64,000 nt of DNA from a virus: the IMG/VR virus record IMGVR_UViG_3300042507_005574; one strand, written 5' to 3'. The position numbers were made by a program, and so were the translations under genes. The notes under the pieces were generated by a model. The model was given only the letters and a program-made list of their open reading frames with translations, was not told the origin of the DNA and did not search any database. Below, in pieces: positions 17,476 through 27,377 of this stretch (position 1 is its first letter; each line of letters starts with the position of its first letter).

Positions 17476-18213
17476 ATGGAATCAGTTAAGAGCCTCAATG
17501 ACCTTTCCATAAAAATTCACGAAATAGGAAAGAAGTACGATATAAAAAGTTTCGTGACTGAATTTAAGTCATCTGTCCGTGAAGTTAATCAGAAGGCATG
17601 GGACGAGATTGATTCCATAACTGCATCAGATGTTTTTGAATCGACACCATTATCCAAGATAATGTTGATGTCGAGTATCTTAGATGATGAAGATCTCAGT
17701 AAAGTCATTAAAATATCAGAGGGTTTGAATAAAAAATATCACTACGAAACATTCAGTAAAGAGTGTGAAGTAGTCCGTCGCAAATTTCTAGAAGATAGAA
17801 GTAATTATTTTTCTGTCAAGGCAATTCAAACCTCAAAAGAACGGGATACAGGAGGTCTTAACTCTTATGTTGAGATCACCGGAATGTCAGACATGATGTT
17901 AGGCAGTTGGATATACAAGATTCTTGAGAGAATATATCCATACTCACTCGACATTGAGTATGAGAACTTGAACGGTACTATAACGAAGACTAAAATTGTA
18001 CACAAAAACAACATGGTCTCTGACAATTATGTTGAGTGTCCTCTGATTCCTCGCTACCATGGCAGTAATGGATATGACCAATTCCTTCTAAATTCTTACT
18101 ACGACAGTAACAAGATGAAGTGGGTTTATATCCCCATAAGATTAATTGTGAATCTCTCATCGCCCGATGGGATAAACATTGATGATTTGGACTTACCCGA
18201 TGAAAACGAGTAA
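17476..18213 (+). CDS. hypothetical protein inserted between clamp loader genes
   Basis: TATAAATA at about 17434 and GGAGG SD upstream. Confidence 0.7.
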   Translation: MESVKSLNDLSIKIHEIGKKYDIKSFVTEFKSSVREVNQKAWDEIDSITASDVFESTPLSKIMLMSSILDDEDLSKVIKISEGLNKKYHYETFSKECEVVRRKFLEDRSNYFSVKAIQTSKERDTGGLNSYVEITGMSDMMLGSWIYKILERIYPYSLDIEYENLNGTITKTKIVHKNNMVSDNYVECPLIPRYHGSNGYDQFLLNSYYDSNKMKWVYIPIRLIVNLSSPDGINIDDLDLPDENE

Positions 18214-18601
18214 AAGACTTTCCCCGTTCGATTTCGTGAAGAGCATAAATGAAAAGACCGAAAATCTGATTCAGGTTCAGCCTGATGCTGAGAGGGACTA
18301 TGTTCCTTTCATGGTCAATCGTTCACTATCTTTTAGCCCTGATACCATTCTTTATGCCAACATGATGAATGAGAAATGGATGCTAGACAAAAAAATGCAG
18401 TATGATTTTCTGTACGGATCAGTTCGCCGCCGACGCAGATTCGACAAGTGGATGAAGCGTGAGGAGGACGATATGATCCCCTTGGTCATGGAGATCTATA
18501 AGGTAAACCAAAGAAGGGCAATCGAATATCTGTGTCTCATGAATGAAGATCAGAAGAAAGAATTGCGAATTGGACGGGGAGGAAGTAATATTCCTAAATA
18601 A
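18200..18601 (+). CDS. gp62: clamp loader small subunit
   Basis: SPFDFVKSIN...YVPFMVNRSLS...QYDF...RRRRFDKW. Confidence 0.92.
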   Translation: MKTSKRLSPFDFVKSINEKTENLIQVQPDAERDYVPFMVNRSLSFSPDTILYANMMNEKWMLDKKMQYDFLYGSVRRRRRFDKWMKREEDDMIPLVMEIYKVNQRRAIEYLCLMNEDQKKELRIGRGGSNIPK

Positions 18602-18627
18602 CTTCCGAAGACAATTCGGGAGTTATT

Positions 18628-19047
18628 ATGTCATTAGTAGATACATTTGTTGAAGTAACTTTGAAAGATCCTCAAGACTTTTTAAAGATCAAAGAAACAT
18701 TGACTAGAATTGGTGTCTCATCGAAAACTGAGAATAAACTGTATCAGTCATGTCACATACTTCACAAAAAGGGAAAATACTATATTGTTCACTTTAAGGA
18801 ACTTTTTGCCCTAGATGGATTGTCTAGCATTTTCCCTGACCAAGATAAAGGCAGAAGAAATACAATAGCAAATTTACTAGAGGAATGGGGTTTGCTAAAG
18901 ATTGTAAATAAGAGTGTGACAAAGGATCCCATTTGCCCAATCAATCACATGAAAATTCTTCCCCACTCAGAGAAGAAAGATTGGCAACTGATACCAAAAT
19001 ACACTATAGGAACTCGCCACAAAGGTATTGACAGTAGCGACAATTAG
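18628..19047 (+). CDS. regA: translational repressor RegA
   Basis: DFLKIKETLTRIG...LYQSCHILHKKGKYYIVHFKELFALDG. Confidence 0.97.
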   Translation: MSLVDTFVEVTLKDPQDFLKIKETLTRIGVSSKTENKLYQSCHILHKKGKYYIVHFKELFALDGLSSIFPDQDKGRRNTIANLLEEWGLLKIVNKSVTKDPICPINHMKILPHSEKKDWQLIPKYTIGTRHKGIDSSDN

Positions 19048-19056
19048 GTGTAAGAT
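19028..19056 (+). promoter_or_regulatory. sigma70-type promoter
   Basis: TTGACA-17-TAAGAT within the regA 3' end. Confidence 0.65.
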
Positions 19057-19085
19057 GTAACATACAACAAAGTGAGGTATAAATT

Positions 19086-19631
19086 ATGACTATGAGCGGC
19101 CCTATCCGCAATGTTTCCGTTGGCATACACAAACTTCACCCAGAAGCATTTGATCCAATTTACGCAACTACTGGTTCTGCTTGTTTTGATATCCGTGCTT
19201 GTTTCGTAAATGGAAAATGTATGGTGAAGTCATTTTCTCCTGACGGTAAGGAATACAATTCTCTAGCCGCATCAGAAACAAACGAGAATAAGTACATCAG
19301 TATAATGCCCGGACATAGGGCAATGATTCCAACACAACTTGTATTCGACATTCCAGAAGGTTGGTCTATGCGTTTGCACATGCGATCTGGATTGGCAATC
19401 AAAGGTGGTCTGATCTTGTCTAATTCTGAGGGGATCATCGATTCTGACTACATCAATGAACTGATGGTTCTAGTAACAAATACAAGTCAAGTTCCTGTTA
19501 GAATTAATCATGGAGACCGAATTTGTCAGGCTGAATTGGTTCCTGTTTACTCATGTATTTTCTATACATGTCCAGAACCACAACCAAAAACCAATAGGAG
19601 CGGCGGATTCGGTTCCACGGGTAAATCATGA
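19086..19631 (+). CDS. dut: dUTPase (trimeric)
   Basis: SACFDI, RSGLA, GIIDSDY, RICQ, RSGGFGSTG. Confidence 0.95.
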   Translation: MTMSGPIRNVSVGIHKLHPEAFDPIYATTGSACFDIRACFVNGKCMVKSFSPDGKEYNSLAASETNENKYISIMPGHRAMIPTQLVFDIPEGWSMRLHMRSGLAIKGGLILSNSEGIIDSDYINELMVLVTNTSQVPVRINHGDRICQAELVPVYSCIFYTCPEPQPKTNRSGGFGSTGKS

Positions 19632-20449
19632 GCCAAGAACAAAAGTCATATGAAGAAGATGATAAGCCCTACATTGTGGGGTATGAATTCGGTTCAATGA
19701 AAGATTGTTTTGAGTTAGTTTCTTCAGAGCCTACTCGGGATTGGATGGATTTAACACCGAATAAATTTGCGTATCGGTGTTTACCGCTGATTATGGGCAA
19801 TTCTATAGGTTGGCAACTAAAGACTAAATTCCCATTTATTGTTCATTGGAATGGTGGAGATTCACCTAAGGATCTGACTATTGGATTTCCTGATACTGAT
19901 CCAAAAAGAAATGCATCTCAAAAATCATGTACGATATCTCATTTCGGATCAGGAATTCTAACTTTCAGTTTACCCTTTCTGTTCAGAACTAGCAAGGGCC
20001 ATAATCTTTTTGTTATGGGTCCGGTGAACGAGCCAAGATCTCATATCACCCCATTGGTGGGTATCGTTGAGACCGATTGGCTTCCCTTTACATTCACAAT
20101 GAATTGGAAAGTTACCACACCAAACACTCCGATCATTTTTAAGCCAAACGATGTTATCTGTCAATTCTTTCCTTACCCTAGAGGATATCCGGAAAAATTT
20201 ACAGCACTAACGGACAATATTTCAAACAATCCATCCGTTTATGCCGAATATAGAAAGTGGAGTGATTCTAGAGGCGATTTCAATGCAAGACTAAAAGATC
20301 CAAATGATCCATCTGTTACCGGAAAGGATTGGCAAAAGAACTACTTCAAAGGCACCCATAAGGATGGAACCAAATTTGAAGAGCATCAGTCTAAGTTTAA
20401 CATTTGTCCATTTATGAAGTTGCCCAAGGGCAAGGAGACCACAGAATGA
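19628..20449 (+). CDS. DUF6065-like protein
   Basis: RDWMD...AYRCLPL...GIVETDWLPFTFTMNWK...WQKNYFKG. Confidence 0.7.
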   Translation: MSQEQKSYEEDDKPYIVGYEFGSMKDCFELVSSEPTRDWMDLTPNKFAYRCLPLIMGNSIGWQLKTKFPFIVHWNGGDSPKDLTIGFPDTDPKRNASQKSCTISHFGSGILTFSLPFLFRTSKGHNLFVMGPVNEPRSHITPLVGIVETDWLPFTFTMNWKVTTPNTPIIFKPNDVICQFFPYPRGYPEKFTALTDNISNNPSVYAEYRKWSDSRGDFNARLKDPNDPSVTGKDWQKNYFKGTHKDGTKFEEHQSKFNICPFMKLPKGKETTE

Positions 20450-20778
20450 CCCGTGATGAACTATTGAAGTCCCATAATGAATTAACGAAAAGGGCTTATG
20501 AACTCATGAAGCGAAAGAACGCTGATTATGCCGGTAAGGCTGGCACAGAGCCTTTCGCAAACTTTACTCGCTGCGAGGCGATGGGCATCTGCACTACAGA
20601 GGCAGGAATGCTTGTTCGAATGACAGACAAGTTATCAAGACTTTCTTCGTTTGTTGAAGCAGGGACTTTCCAAGTTAAGGACGAGAGTCTTGAAGACACC
20701 TGTGTTGACATCATCAATTATGCCGTTCTGTTTCACACCTTTGTTCAGGACAAGAAGAATTCAAACCGAAAGGATTGA
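20446..20778 (+). CDS. nucleotide-modification-associated (NMAD1/DUF1599, MazG-like) helical protein
   Basis: KRKNADYA...ANF...VRMTDKLSRL...ESLEDTCVDIINYA. Confidence 0.75.
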   Translation: MTRDELLKSHNELTKRAYELMKRKNADYAGKAGTEPFANFTRCEAMGICTTEAGMLVRMTDKLSRLSSFVEAGTFQVKDESLEDTCVDIINYAVLFHTFVQDKKNSNRKD

Positions 20779-20782
20779 TTTC

Positions 20783-21193
20783 ATGAAATGGATTCTTATT
20801 CTCGCATGCGTGTGTGCGCTTGCGTGTGCGCCTGCGCCCGTGCGTGTACCCTCTGCATTGACACCCAAACTTCTTGCTGCTATTCGACAAGTCGAAAGTG
20901 GCGGGAACGATAATGCTGTTGGTGATCAAGGTCGAGCGATTGGCCCCTATCAGGTATGGGAAATTTATTGGAAAGATGCGGTCGAGTACGATAAAACAAT
21001 TGGCGGTTCATATAAGGACTGCTATAATCCCGAATATGCAAAGAGAGTTGTTGTCGCATACCTAACTCGGTATGCTCCAAAGAATGCAACGGCAGAAGAT
21101 TTAGCAAGGATCCACAATGGGGGTCCAAGCGGACATAAGAAGTCTGCAACAATTAAGTATTGGAAGAAAGTTGAAAAGGAGATGAAAAAGTGA
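20783..21193 (+). CDS. lysozyme, invertebrate-type/destabilase-like, with signal or lipoprotein peptide
   Basis: AIRQVESGG, GPYQVWEIYWKDA, EDLARIHNGGP; MKWILILACVCALAC. Confidence 0.8.
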   Translation: MKWILILACVCALACAPAPVRVPSALTPKLLAAIRQVESGGNDNAVGDQGRAIGPYQVWEIYWKDAVEYDKTIGGSYKDCYNPEYAKRVVVAYLTRYAPKNATAEDLARIHNGGPSGHKKSATIKYWKKVEKEMKK

Positions 21194-21585
21194 AAAAGCC
21201 ATTCGGATACTCGTATTATCTTGATATGTACAAATGTCGTGTTGGAGCAGCAGACGATTTGGAACTACATTATCGGTTTCTCGAAAATGTAGTTGACAAG
21301 ATCGGCATGACTCGCATGAGTCAGCCTTTCGTGATCCATGCTCCAACCCACAACGGCGTGGAGGTGTACCCCAATAAGGCAGGAGTCAGTGGTTGGGTTC
21401 CGCTTATTGAGAGTGGCATTCAGATTCACTCCATTGAACCCACTCATTTCATCACGCTTGATGTTTACTCCTGCAATAAATTCGACAAGGATATTATTCT
21501 TCAGTATGCAAGGGCATGTTTCGGGTTTAAGAAATTCGAAGAGCATTACTTTGAGCGTGGAATTGAATATGGAGATGATGAATGA
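21190..21585 (+). CDS. speD: S-adenosylmethionine decarboxylase proenzyme
   Basis: GVSGWVPLIES-GIQIHS...LDVYSC (ES self-cleavage site). Confidence 0.85.
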   Translation: MKKPFGYSYYLDMYKCRVGAADDLELHYRFLENVVDKIGMTRMSQPFVIHAPTHNGVEVYPNKAGVSGWVPLIESGIQIHSIEPTHFITLDVYSCNKFDKDIILQYARACFGFKKFEEHYFERGIEYGDDE

Positions 21586-22538
21586 CGAATTATCAAATCA
21601 TTCAGGGCGACTGCATTGAAGGCATGAAGACTCTGCCTGACGGGTGCGTACACACTTGCATCACATCACCTCCCTATTTCGGACTCCGTTCATACGATGG
21701 TGGTGACAGCGAGATCGGACGGGAGGATACCGTTGACGGCTATGTGCAGAAGATGGTAGAGGTGTTTCGTGAGGTTCATCGCATTCTCCGTGATGACGGT
21801 ACTCTGTGGTTAAATCTTGGCGACTCGTACATGAGTGCAAAGAACTGTGCCCCGCCACCACAGACTATTGGTGGGCAGCGTGGAATGCCTTCAGACTTCA
21901 TCCCTCCTAATCGCAAGGATCAAAGAGGGCTTAAGGGTAAGGACTTGATTGGTATTCCTTGGAGAGTTGCACTTGCCCTACAGGCTGATGGATGGTATCT
22001 GCGGCAGGACATCATCTGGAGCAAGCCGAATCCGATGCCTGAAAGTGTGGAAGACCGCTGCACCAGAGCGCATGAGTACATTTTCATGTTGACTAAGAAG
22101 CCCAAATACTATTACGATCACAATGCCATTAAGGAGGACGCTGTGGGTAAGCCTCATGCTCCTGGTAACAAGAGCCGCACACAACCCGAAGAAAAGGGTG
22201 CCCGTGATCCAGCATTAGAGCCTGATAGGGTGTGGGGAGCAGACGGCAAGCGCAACAAGCGTTCTGTGTGGACGGTGAACACGAAGGGCTACAAGGGTGC
22301 ACACTTTGCTGTATATCCCGAGAACTTGATTGAGCCGTGTGTGCTTGCGGGATGTCCTGAAGGGGGAACTGTATTCGATCCGTTCACAGGCAGCGGCACC
22401 ACGGCTGTAGTTGCCATGAAGAACGGTCGCAACTACATCGGCACCGAACTGAACCCCGAGTATGTGAAGATCGCAGAAGAGCGTATTGCAGATGAAATAA
22501 AACCTAATCTTTTGGAGATGATGAATGAGCAAATTTAG
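21582..22538 (+). CDS. DNA N4-C/N6-A methyltransferase (beta class)
   Basis: TSPPY motif IV before DPFTGSGTT motif I. Confidence 0.92.
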   Translation: MTNYQIIQGDCIEGMKTLPDGCVHTCITSPPYFGLRSYDGGDSEIGREDTVDGYVQKMVEVFREVHRILRDDGTLWLNLGDSYMSAKNCAPPPQTIGGQRGMPSDFIPPNRKDQRGLKGKDLIGIPWRVALALQADGWYLRQDIIWSKPNPMPESVEDRCTRAHEYIFMLTKKPKYYYDHNAIKEDAVGKPHAPGNKSRTQPEEKGARDPALEPDRVWGADGKRNKRSVWTVNTKGYKGAHFAVYPENLIEPCVLAGCPEGGTVFDPFTGSGTTAVVAMKNGRNYIGTELNPEYVKIAEERIADEIKPNLLEMMNEQI

Positions 22539-22794
22539 ACCGATTGGCAAATGGGTAAGCGTTAAGACACCAGGACTTGGTCAGCAAAAGAAGACCAAGG
22601 AAGGTATCATTTATACTGAAAAAATTACCAACAAAAACATTTGGAGTGTTGTTGTATCCGTTGGAGACAAACTAACAGAGGACATCAAAATTGGGGATAA
22701 AATTCTTTGGGATTTGACAAAAAATGGTGGACGAGGACATGGTGGTTGTGATATAGTACACCAAGATTGGATCTTAGCAGTAGAGCGTGAATGA
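22525..22794 (+). CDS. gp31: GroES-like co-chaperonin
   Basis: FRPIGKWV...KTKEGIIY...VVSVG...IKIGDKI...ILAV. Confidence 0.8.
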   Translation: MSKFRPIGKWVSVKTPGLGQQKKTKEGIIYTEKITNKNIWSVVVSVGDKLTEDIKIGDKILWDLTKNGGRGHGGCDIVHQDWILAVERE

Positions 22795-25343
22795 GCAAAT
22801 TCTACACACATGTTGCCTGCAAAGGCGGTAAGATCCTGCATCGGGGGTGGGACGATGATGGTAGACGGATTCATGAATCTGTTCCATTTCGTCCTTCCCT
22901 CTTCGTGAGAGATTCAAAATCATCCGATCCGCCAAAGTACAAGACCATCAACGGTATGGCTCTCCGTGAAATCGACTTCCCGAATCAGTATGATATGCGG
23001 GAGTTCATGGATGAATATGGCAAGTACGAAGGATTCACCATCTACGGTGAGATCGATTCCCAATATCAGTTTATTGCTAAAGAATACAGAGGAGACTCCG
23101 AAGTCGATTATAATCCTAATCACATTAGGGTAATGTATATCGATATCGAAGTTGAGAGTGAGAACGGGTTTGCATCCCCCGAAGATCCTACTGAAAGAGT
23201 TAATGTTATTACTATTCGAATGTCGGATGGTAAAGGATATACTCTCGCTCTACATGACTTCGATGTTTCGGGTGTCAAGTGTTTCTCGTTTGATGATGAC
23301 GAGAGAGCCTTGCTCAGTCACTTCGTTGATCTTTGGGAGTCATTAGACACCGATATTGTTTCAGGGTGGAATGTCAATGCCTTTGACATGCCATATCTCT
23401 ACAACAGAATTACTGCTCTACTAGGTAAGAAGACAGCACAGAAACTATCTCCTTGGAATATTGTTCGTGATCGTAAAGTGACTGATCAGAATAGAACATA
23501 TACCGTCTATGAGTTTACGGGGATGACTATTCTCGACTATATTGAATTGTACAAGAAGTTCACTTTCGTTAAGCAAGAGTCATATCGATTGGGATTCATT
23601 GCATCTACCGAACTTGGCGAAGATAAGATCGCTTACGATGACATCGGCACAATCACAGACTTTTATCGTCGTGACTTTCAGCGATTCGTGGAGTATAATG
23701 TTCGTGATGTTGATCTTGTTGTTGGGCTTGAGAATAAGTTACGCCTGATCGAACTTGCGCTCGGTCTTGCATACTCTTCAAGAACAAACTATGGTGATGT
23801 GTTTACACAGGTTCGCATGTGGGATTCCATCATTTACAATTACTTGTTGCAGCGTAACACGATCATTCCGCCACGAAAGAAGTCGGATAAAGACGAGCAA
23901 TTTGAAGGTGCTTATGTAAAAGACCCACAAGTGGGACAACACGATTGGGTTGTCTCGTTTGACTTGGACAGTCTCTATCCCCACCTCATCATGCAGTATA
24001 ATATCTCACCTGAAACAAAGACGGACAAGTCTTTCTTGTTTCTTCGTGGCAATCTTAATCCTGATATGATTCTAGACAATACTGACAAAGTCGAGGATCA
24101 GAGTCGATCTGCTTCTGAGAACGGCGTTAGCATCTGTGCAAATGGTGTGGCATTTACTAATGAGTTTAGAGGATTTCTCCCCGAACTCATGGATACCATG
24201 TATGAGCAGAGAAAGCAGTTCAAGAAGAAGATGCTTGAGTTGAAAGCATTCCTTAAGAACAATCCCGATTTGTCTGCTGATGAGGTCGATGAAAAGAAGC
24301 GAGAGATCGCCAAGTACGGCAACTTCCAACTTGTCCGAAAGGTGCAGTTGAACTCTGCGTATGGTGCATTGGGCAATCAGTACTGTCGTTACTATGATTT
24401 GGAAATGGCAGAGGCCATTACTGTTTCAGGTCAGTTGTCTGCTCGTTGGATTGAAAAGCAATTGAACGAGTTTCTAAACAAAGTTTGTGAGACTGTAGGT
24501 GTTGACTATGTTATTGCATCGGATACAGATTCAGTATATCTGCGAATGTCCGAGTTGGTGAATAAGATGTCTCCCAATAAGTCTCAAGAGAAGACAGTTG
24601 ACTTTATCGATAAGTCCTGCAAGAGCATCATCCTCCCATTCATCGCAAAGAAGTATGATGAATTAGCAAAGCGTATGAATGCTTACGCCAACAAGATGTC
24701 CATGAAGCGAGAATCGATTGCGGCCAAGGGAATTTGGACTGCAAAGAAAAGATATGCTTTAACTGTTCTGAAGGGTGAAGACGATGTTTATATGGACACA
24801 CCCGAACTCAAGATTACCGGTCTTGAGATGGTGAAGTCATCCACTCCCGCCATCGTGCGTAAGCGACTCAAGGAGGCCATGGAGATCGTCATGCTGAAGG
24901 ATGAGAGTAACCTCCGTAGGTTCGTTCAGGACTTCCATGCTGAGTTTATACGGCTTCCTGCCGACAAGGTAGCCTTCCCCCGTGGATGCAATGGGCTTGA
25001 CACCTACGGGGACTACAGCAGCATATACAAGAAGGCGACACCAATTGCCCCCAAGGGTGCGCTGATATACAATCATTGGATTCGAATGAAGAAACTTGGT
25101 AAGAAGTATCCTATGATCCGTGAGGGCGAGAAGATTAAGTATCTTTACCTTCGAATGCCTAATCCTATCAACGAAAAAGTAATTTCATTCGTAACTTCTT
25201 TGCCCGAGGAACTCTCCTTAGATAAGCACATCGACTACGAAATGCAGTTTGAGAAATCTTTTGTTCAACCTCTGACTGCAATCGTTGAGATAATTGGTTG
25301 GAAACTTGAAGAAACATCATCATTAGAGGATCTATTTGTATGA
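22791..25343 (+). CDS. gp43: family B DNA polymerase
   Basis: DIEV exonuclease, SFDLDSLYP, KVQLNSAYG, SDTDS, KKRY. Confidence 0.98.
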   Translation: MSKFYTHVACKGGKILHRGWDDDGRRIHESVPFRPSLFVRDSKSSDPPKYKTINGMALREIDFPNQYDMREFMDEYGKYEGFTIYGEIDSQYQFIAKEYRGDSEVDYNPNHIRVMYIDIEVESENGFASPEDPTERVNVITIRMSDGKGYTLALHDFDVSGVKCFSFDDDERALLSHFVDLWESLDTDIVSGWNVNAFDMPYLYNRITALLGKKTAQKLSPWNIVRDRKVTDQNRTYTVYEFTGMTILDYIELYKKFTFVKQESYRLGFIASTELGEDKIAYDDIGTITDFYRRDFQRFVEYNVRDVDLVVGLENKLRLIELALGLAYSSRTNYGDVFTQVRMWDSIIYNYLLQRNTIIPPRKKSDKDEQFEGAYVKDPQVGQHDWVVSFDLDSLYPHLIMQYNISPETKTDKSFLFLRGNLNPDMILDNTDKVEDQSRSASENGVSICANGVAFTNEFRGFLPELMDTMYEQRKQFKKKMLELKAFLKNNPDLSADEVDEKKREIAKYGNFQLVRKVQLNSAYGALGNQYCRYYDLEMAEAITVSGQLSARWIEKQLNEFLNKVCETVGVDYVIASDTDSVYLRMSELVNKMSPNKSQEKTVDFIDKSCKSIILPFIAKKYDELAKRMNAYANKMSMKRESIAAKGIWTAKKRYALTVLKGEDDVYMDTPELKITGLEMVKSSTPAIVRKRLKEAMEIVMLKDESNLRRFVQDFHAEFIRLPADKVAFPRGCNGLDTYGDYSSIYKKATPIAPKGALIYNHWIRMKKLGKKYPMIREGEKIKYLYLRMPNPINEKVISFVTSLPEELSLDKHIDYEMQFEKSFVQPLTAIVEIIGWKLEETSSLEDLFV

Positions 25344-25531
25344 CAAACGAAATCAATCATGCACAGTCGCTCATGAATCTTATTACTATTCTGGTCATTT
25401 TAGGTGGACTTGGTATTCTTTGGTCTAGTTTCTTAGAATGGTTGTATGTTGAAAAACCAAACAAGAATACTAAAAACACCAGAAAGCGATCAGTTGCCAA
25501 AAAGAAGAGGCAAGATAAGTTCGCTAAATAG
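25340..25531 (+). CDS. small membrane protein
   Basis: ATGA overlap with gp43; TM helix plus basic tail. Confidence 0.55.
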   Translation: MTNEINHAQSLMNLITILVILGGLGILWSSFLEWLYVEKPNKNTKNTRKRSVAKKKRQDKFAK

Positions 25532-25535
25532 TTTC

Positions 25536-26282
25536 ATGGATCGTTTCGGGACTTTCACATCTCATAAGGTAAAACTACCACATGCTCATCTGTGTTTTGA
25601 TGATCATTGTATATCTAATTGGCATTACAATGCTAGAGACATTCTCAGAAAACATGATGCTAAAGCCGTATTTTACATCGATTCATTCGATCAATTGAGT
25701 AATTCAGACATTGATTTGATTTTTGAATTAAAGAAAGATGGTCATGTTATAGGGTGTCATGGGGTTTCTCATAAGGATGCCCTAGAGTACGGTGAAACGG
25801 ATAATTACATAGATGAAGAGGTAATTCCTGCTATGGAGTCAATGGCAGCGGTTGGACTTCCACCAACACATTTCGCTTTCCCCTATTCAAGTTTCAATTC
25901 TTCTCTTTATGATGCAGTATCTGATATGTTCTGTTATATCAGGCTTAGACCAGGACAAAACACTCTATACAATGATAGATTTTTATTGATGCGACATGCT
26001 GATATGCTACGGGAAAGAGAAGGCGGAAGAAATAGCGAGACCTACGAACACAGAATTCGTCGTGGAGATATGGTCAATGTTATTGATGAAATCGACACCA
26101 AATTGAAAATGGGTCTAGGCATAAACTTAGTTTTCCATGATGTTCACCCACAGTCGCAGAAAAATAATGGAACACATGCAGATAAATTGGGATTTGTCAC
26201 AAAGGAAGAACTAGATACCGTGCTGTCTGCCGTTAAGATGGCAGGTGCTTCATTTGAGACATTTGAATGTTCAACTAATTGA
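25536..26282 (+). CDS. polysaccharide deacetylase (NodB/CE4-like)
   Basis: LCFDD, IGCHGVSH, FAFPY, LVFHD; TAAATA 5 nt before ATG 25536. Confidence 0.8.
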   Translation: MDRFGTFTSHKVKLPHAHLCFDDHCISNWHYNARDILRKHDAKAVFYIDSFDQLSNSDIDLIFELKKDGHVIGCHGVSHKDALEYGETDNYIDEEVIPAMESMAAVGLPPTHFAFPYSSFNSSLYDAVSDMFCYIRLRPGQNTLYNDRFLLMRHADMLREREGGRNSETYEHRIRRGDMVNVIDEIDTKLKMGLGINLVFHDVHPQSQKNNGTHADKLGFVTKEELDTVLSAVKMAGASFETFECSTN

Positions 26283-26311
26283 TTGACACACTAACTTATA
26301 GGGGATATAAT
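26283..26311 (+). promoter_or_regulatory. sigma70-type promoter
   Basis: TTGACA-17-TATAAT (perfect consensus). Confidence 0.9.
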
Positions 26312-26339
26312 CCCCAAATCACTTTGTAATGGAGATACT

Positions 26340-27377
26340 ATGAACTTTTTGAAGAGTCTTGTTAAGAGTAGTGGAAACGAACATGCAACTATTGCAATCG
26401 ACGGAACCGAGGCCGATGTTTCGGGATTTGTTGACACCGGATCCTATGCGTTCAACGCATTAGTATCAGGTACGCTCACGGGCGGAATTGCTAACAATAA
26501 GATCATCGGGATTGCGGGTGAATCTGCTACAGGGAAAACATACTTTGCTCTTGGTATTGCAGGACAGTTTTTGAAGGACAATCCTGAAGGGGCTGTGCTT
26601 TACTTTGACAGCGAACAGGCAGTCACACGGGAAATGATCAAGTCCCGTGGTCTTGATCCAACCAAGGTTGCCGTATTTCCTGTGGCTACTGTTGAGAACT
26701 TCAGATTCCAACTGATTCAGATCCTTGACAATTACGGTAAGTTGAACAAGAGTGAGCAGAAGCCAATCATGGTTGTTCTCGACTCCCTTGGAATGCTTTC
26801 GACATCCAAGGAAATGAATGACACAGCGGAAGGCAAGGAGACCCGTGATATGACTCGTAGTCAAGTCATCAAGGGAACTTTCCGTACTGTGACCCTTAAG
26901 TTAGGAAAGTACAACATTCCTTTAATCGTTACTAACCACACTTATGATGTTGTGGGGGCGTATGTACCAACCAAGGAGATGGGTGGAGGTAGTGGTCTAA
27001 AGTATGCTGCCTCAACTATTGTTTATCTGACGAAGAAGAAGCACAAGGTCGATGATGAGATTGTTGGCAACATCATTCATTGTAAAACCTACAAGAGCCG
27101 TCTGACAAAGGAGAATCGTCAGGTGGATGTTCTGCTCAACTACGACACGGGTCTAGACCGATACTATGGTCTTGTTGAACTGGGGCTGTCTCAGGGATTA
27201 TTCACCAAGGTCTCCAACAAGATTCAATTTCCAAACGGTGTTGCTGCATTCGAAAGTCATATCAACAAGAATCCCGAGAAGTACTTTACTGATGATATCA
27301 TTAAGGCTCTTGATGATGCTGCTGCGAAGGAATTCAAGTATGGTGGTAATGGAGAAGAAACGGAGGAATCAGAGTGA
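26340..27377 (+). CDS. uvsX: RecA-like recombinase
   Basis: GESATGKT, FDSE, LDSLG, TNHTY, MGGGSG. Confidence 0.96.
   Translation: MNFLKSLVKSSGNEHATIAIDGTEADVSGFVDTGSYAFNALVSGTLTGGIANNKIIGIAGESATGKTYFALGIAGQFLKDNPEGAVLYFDSEQAVTREMIKSRGLDPTKVAVFPVATVENFRFQLIQILDNYGKLNKSEQKPIMVVLDSLGMLSTSKEMNDTAEGKETRDMTRSQVIKGTFRTVTLKLGKYNIPLIVTNHTYDVVGAYVPTKEMGGGSGLKYAASTIVYLTKKKHKVDDEIVGNIIHCKTYKSRLTKENRQVDVLLNYDTGLDRYYGLVELGLSQGLFTKVSNKIQFPNGVAAFESHINKNPEKYFTDDIIKALDDAAAKEFKYGGNGEETEESE

Noticed and set aside
20803-20849. Alternating purine-pyrimidine GC-rich tract (Z-DNA-like)
   Set aside because: Coincides with Ala/Cys/Val codons of the lysozyme signal peptide; no independent support
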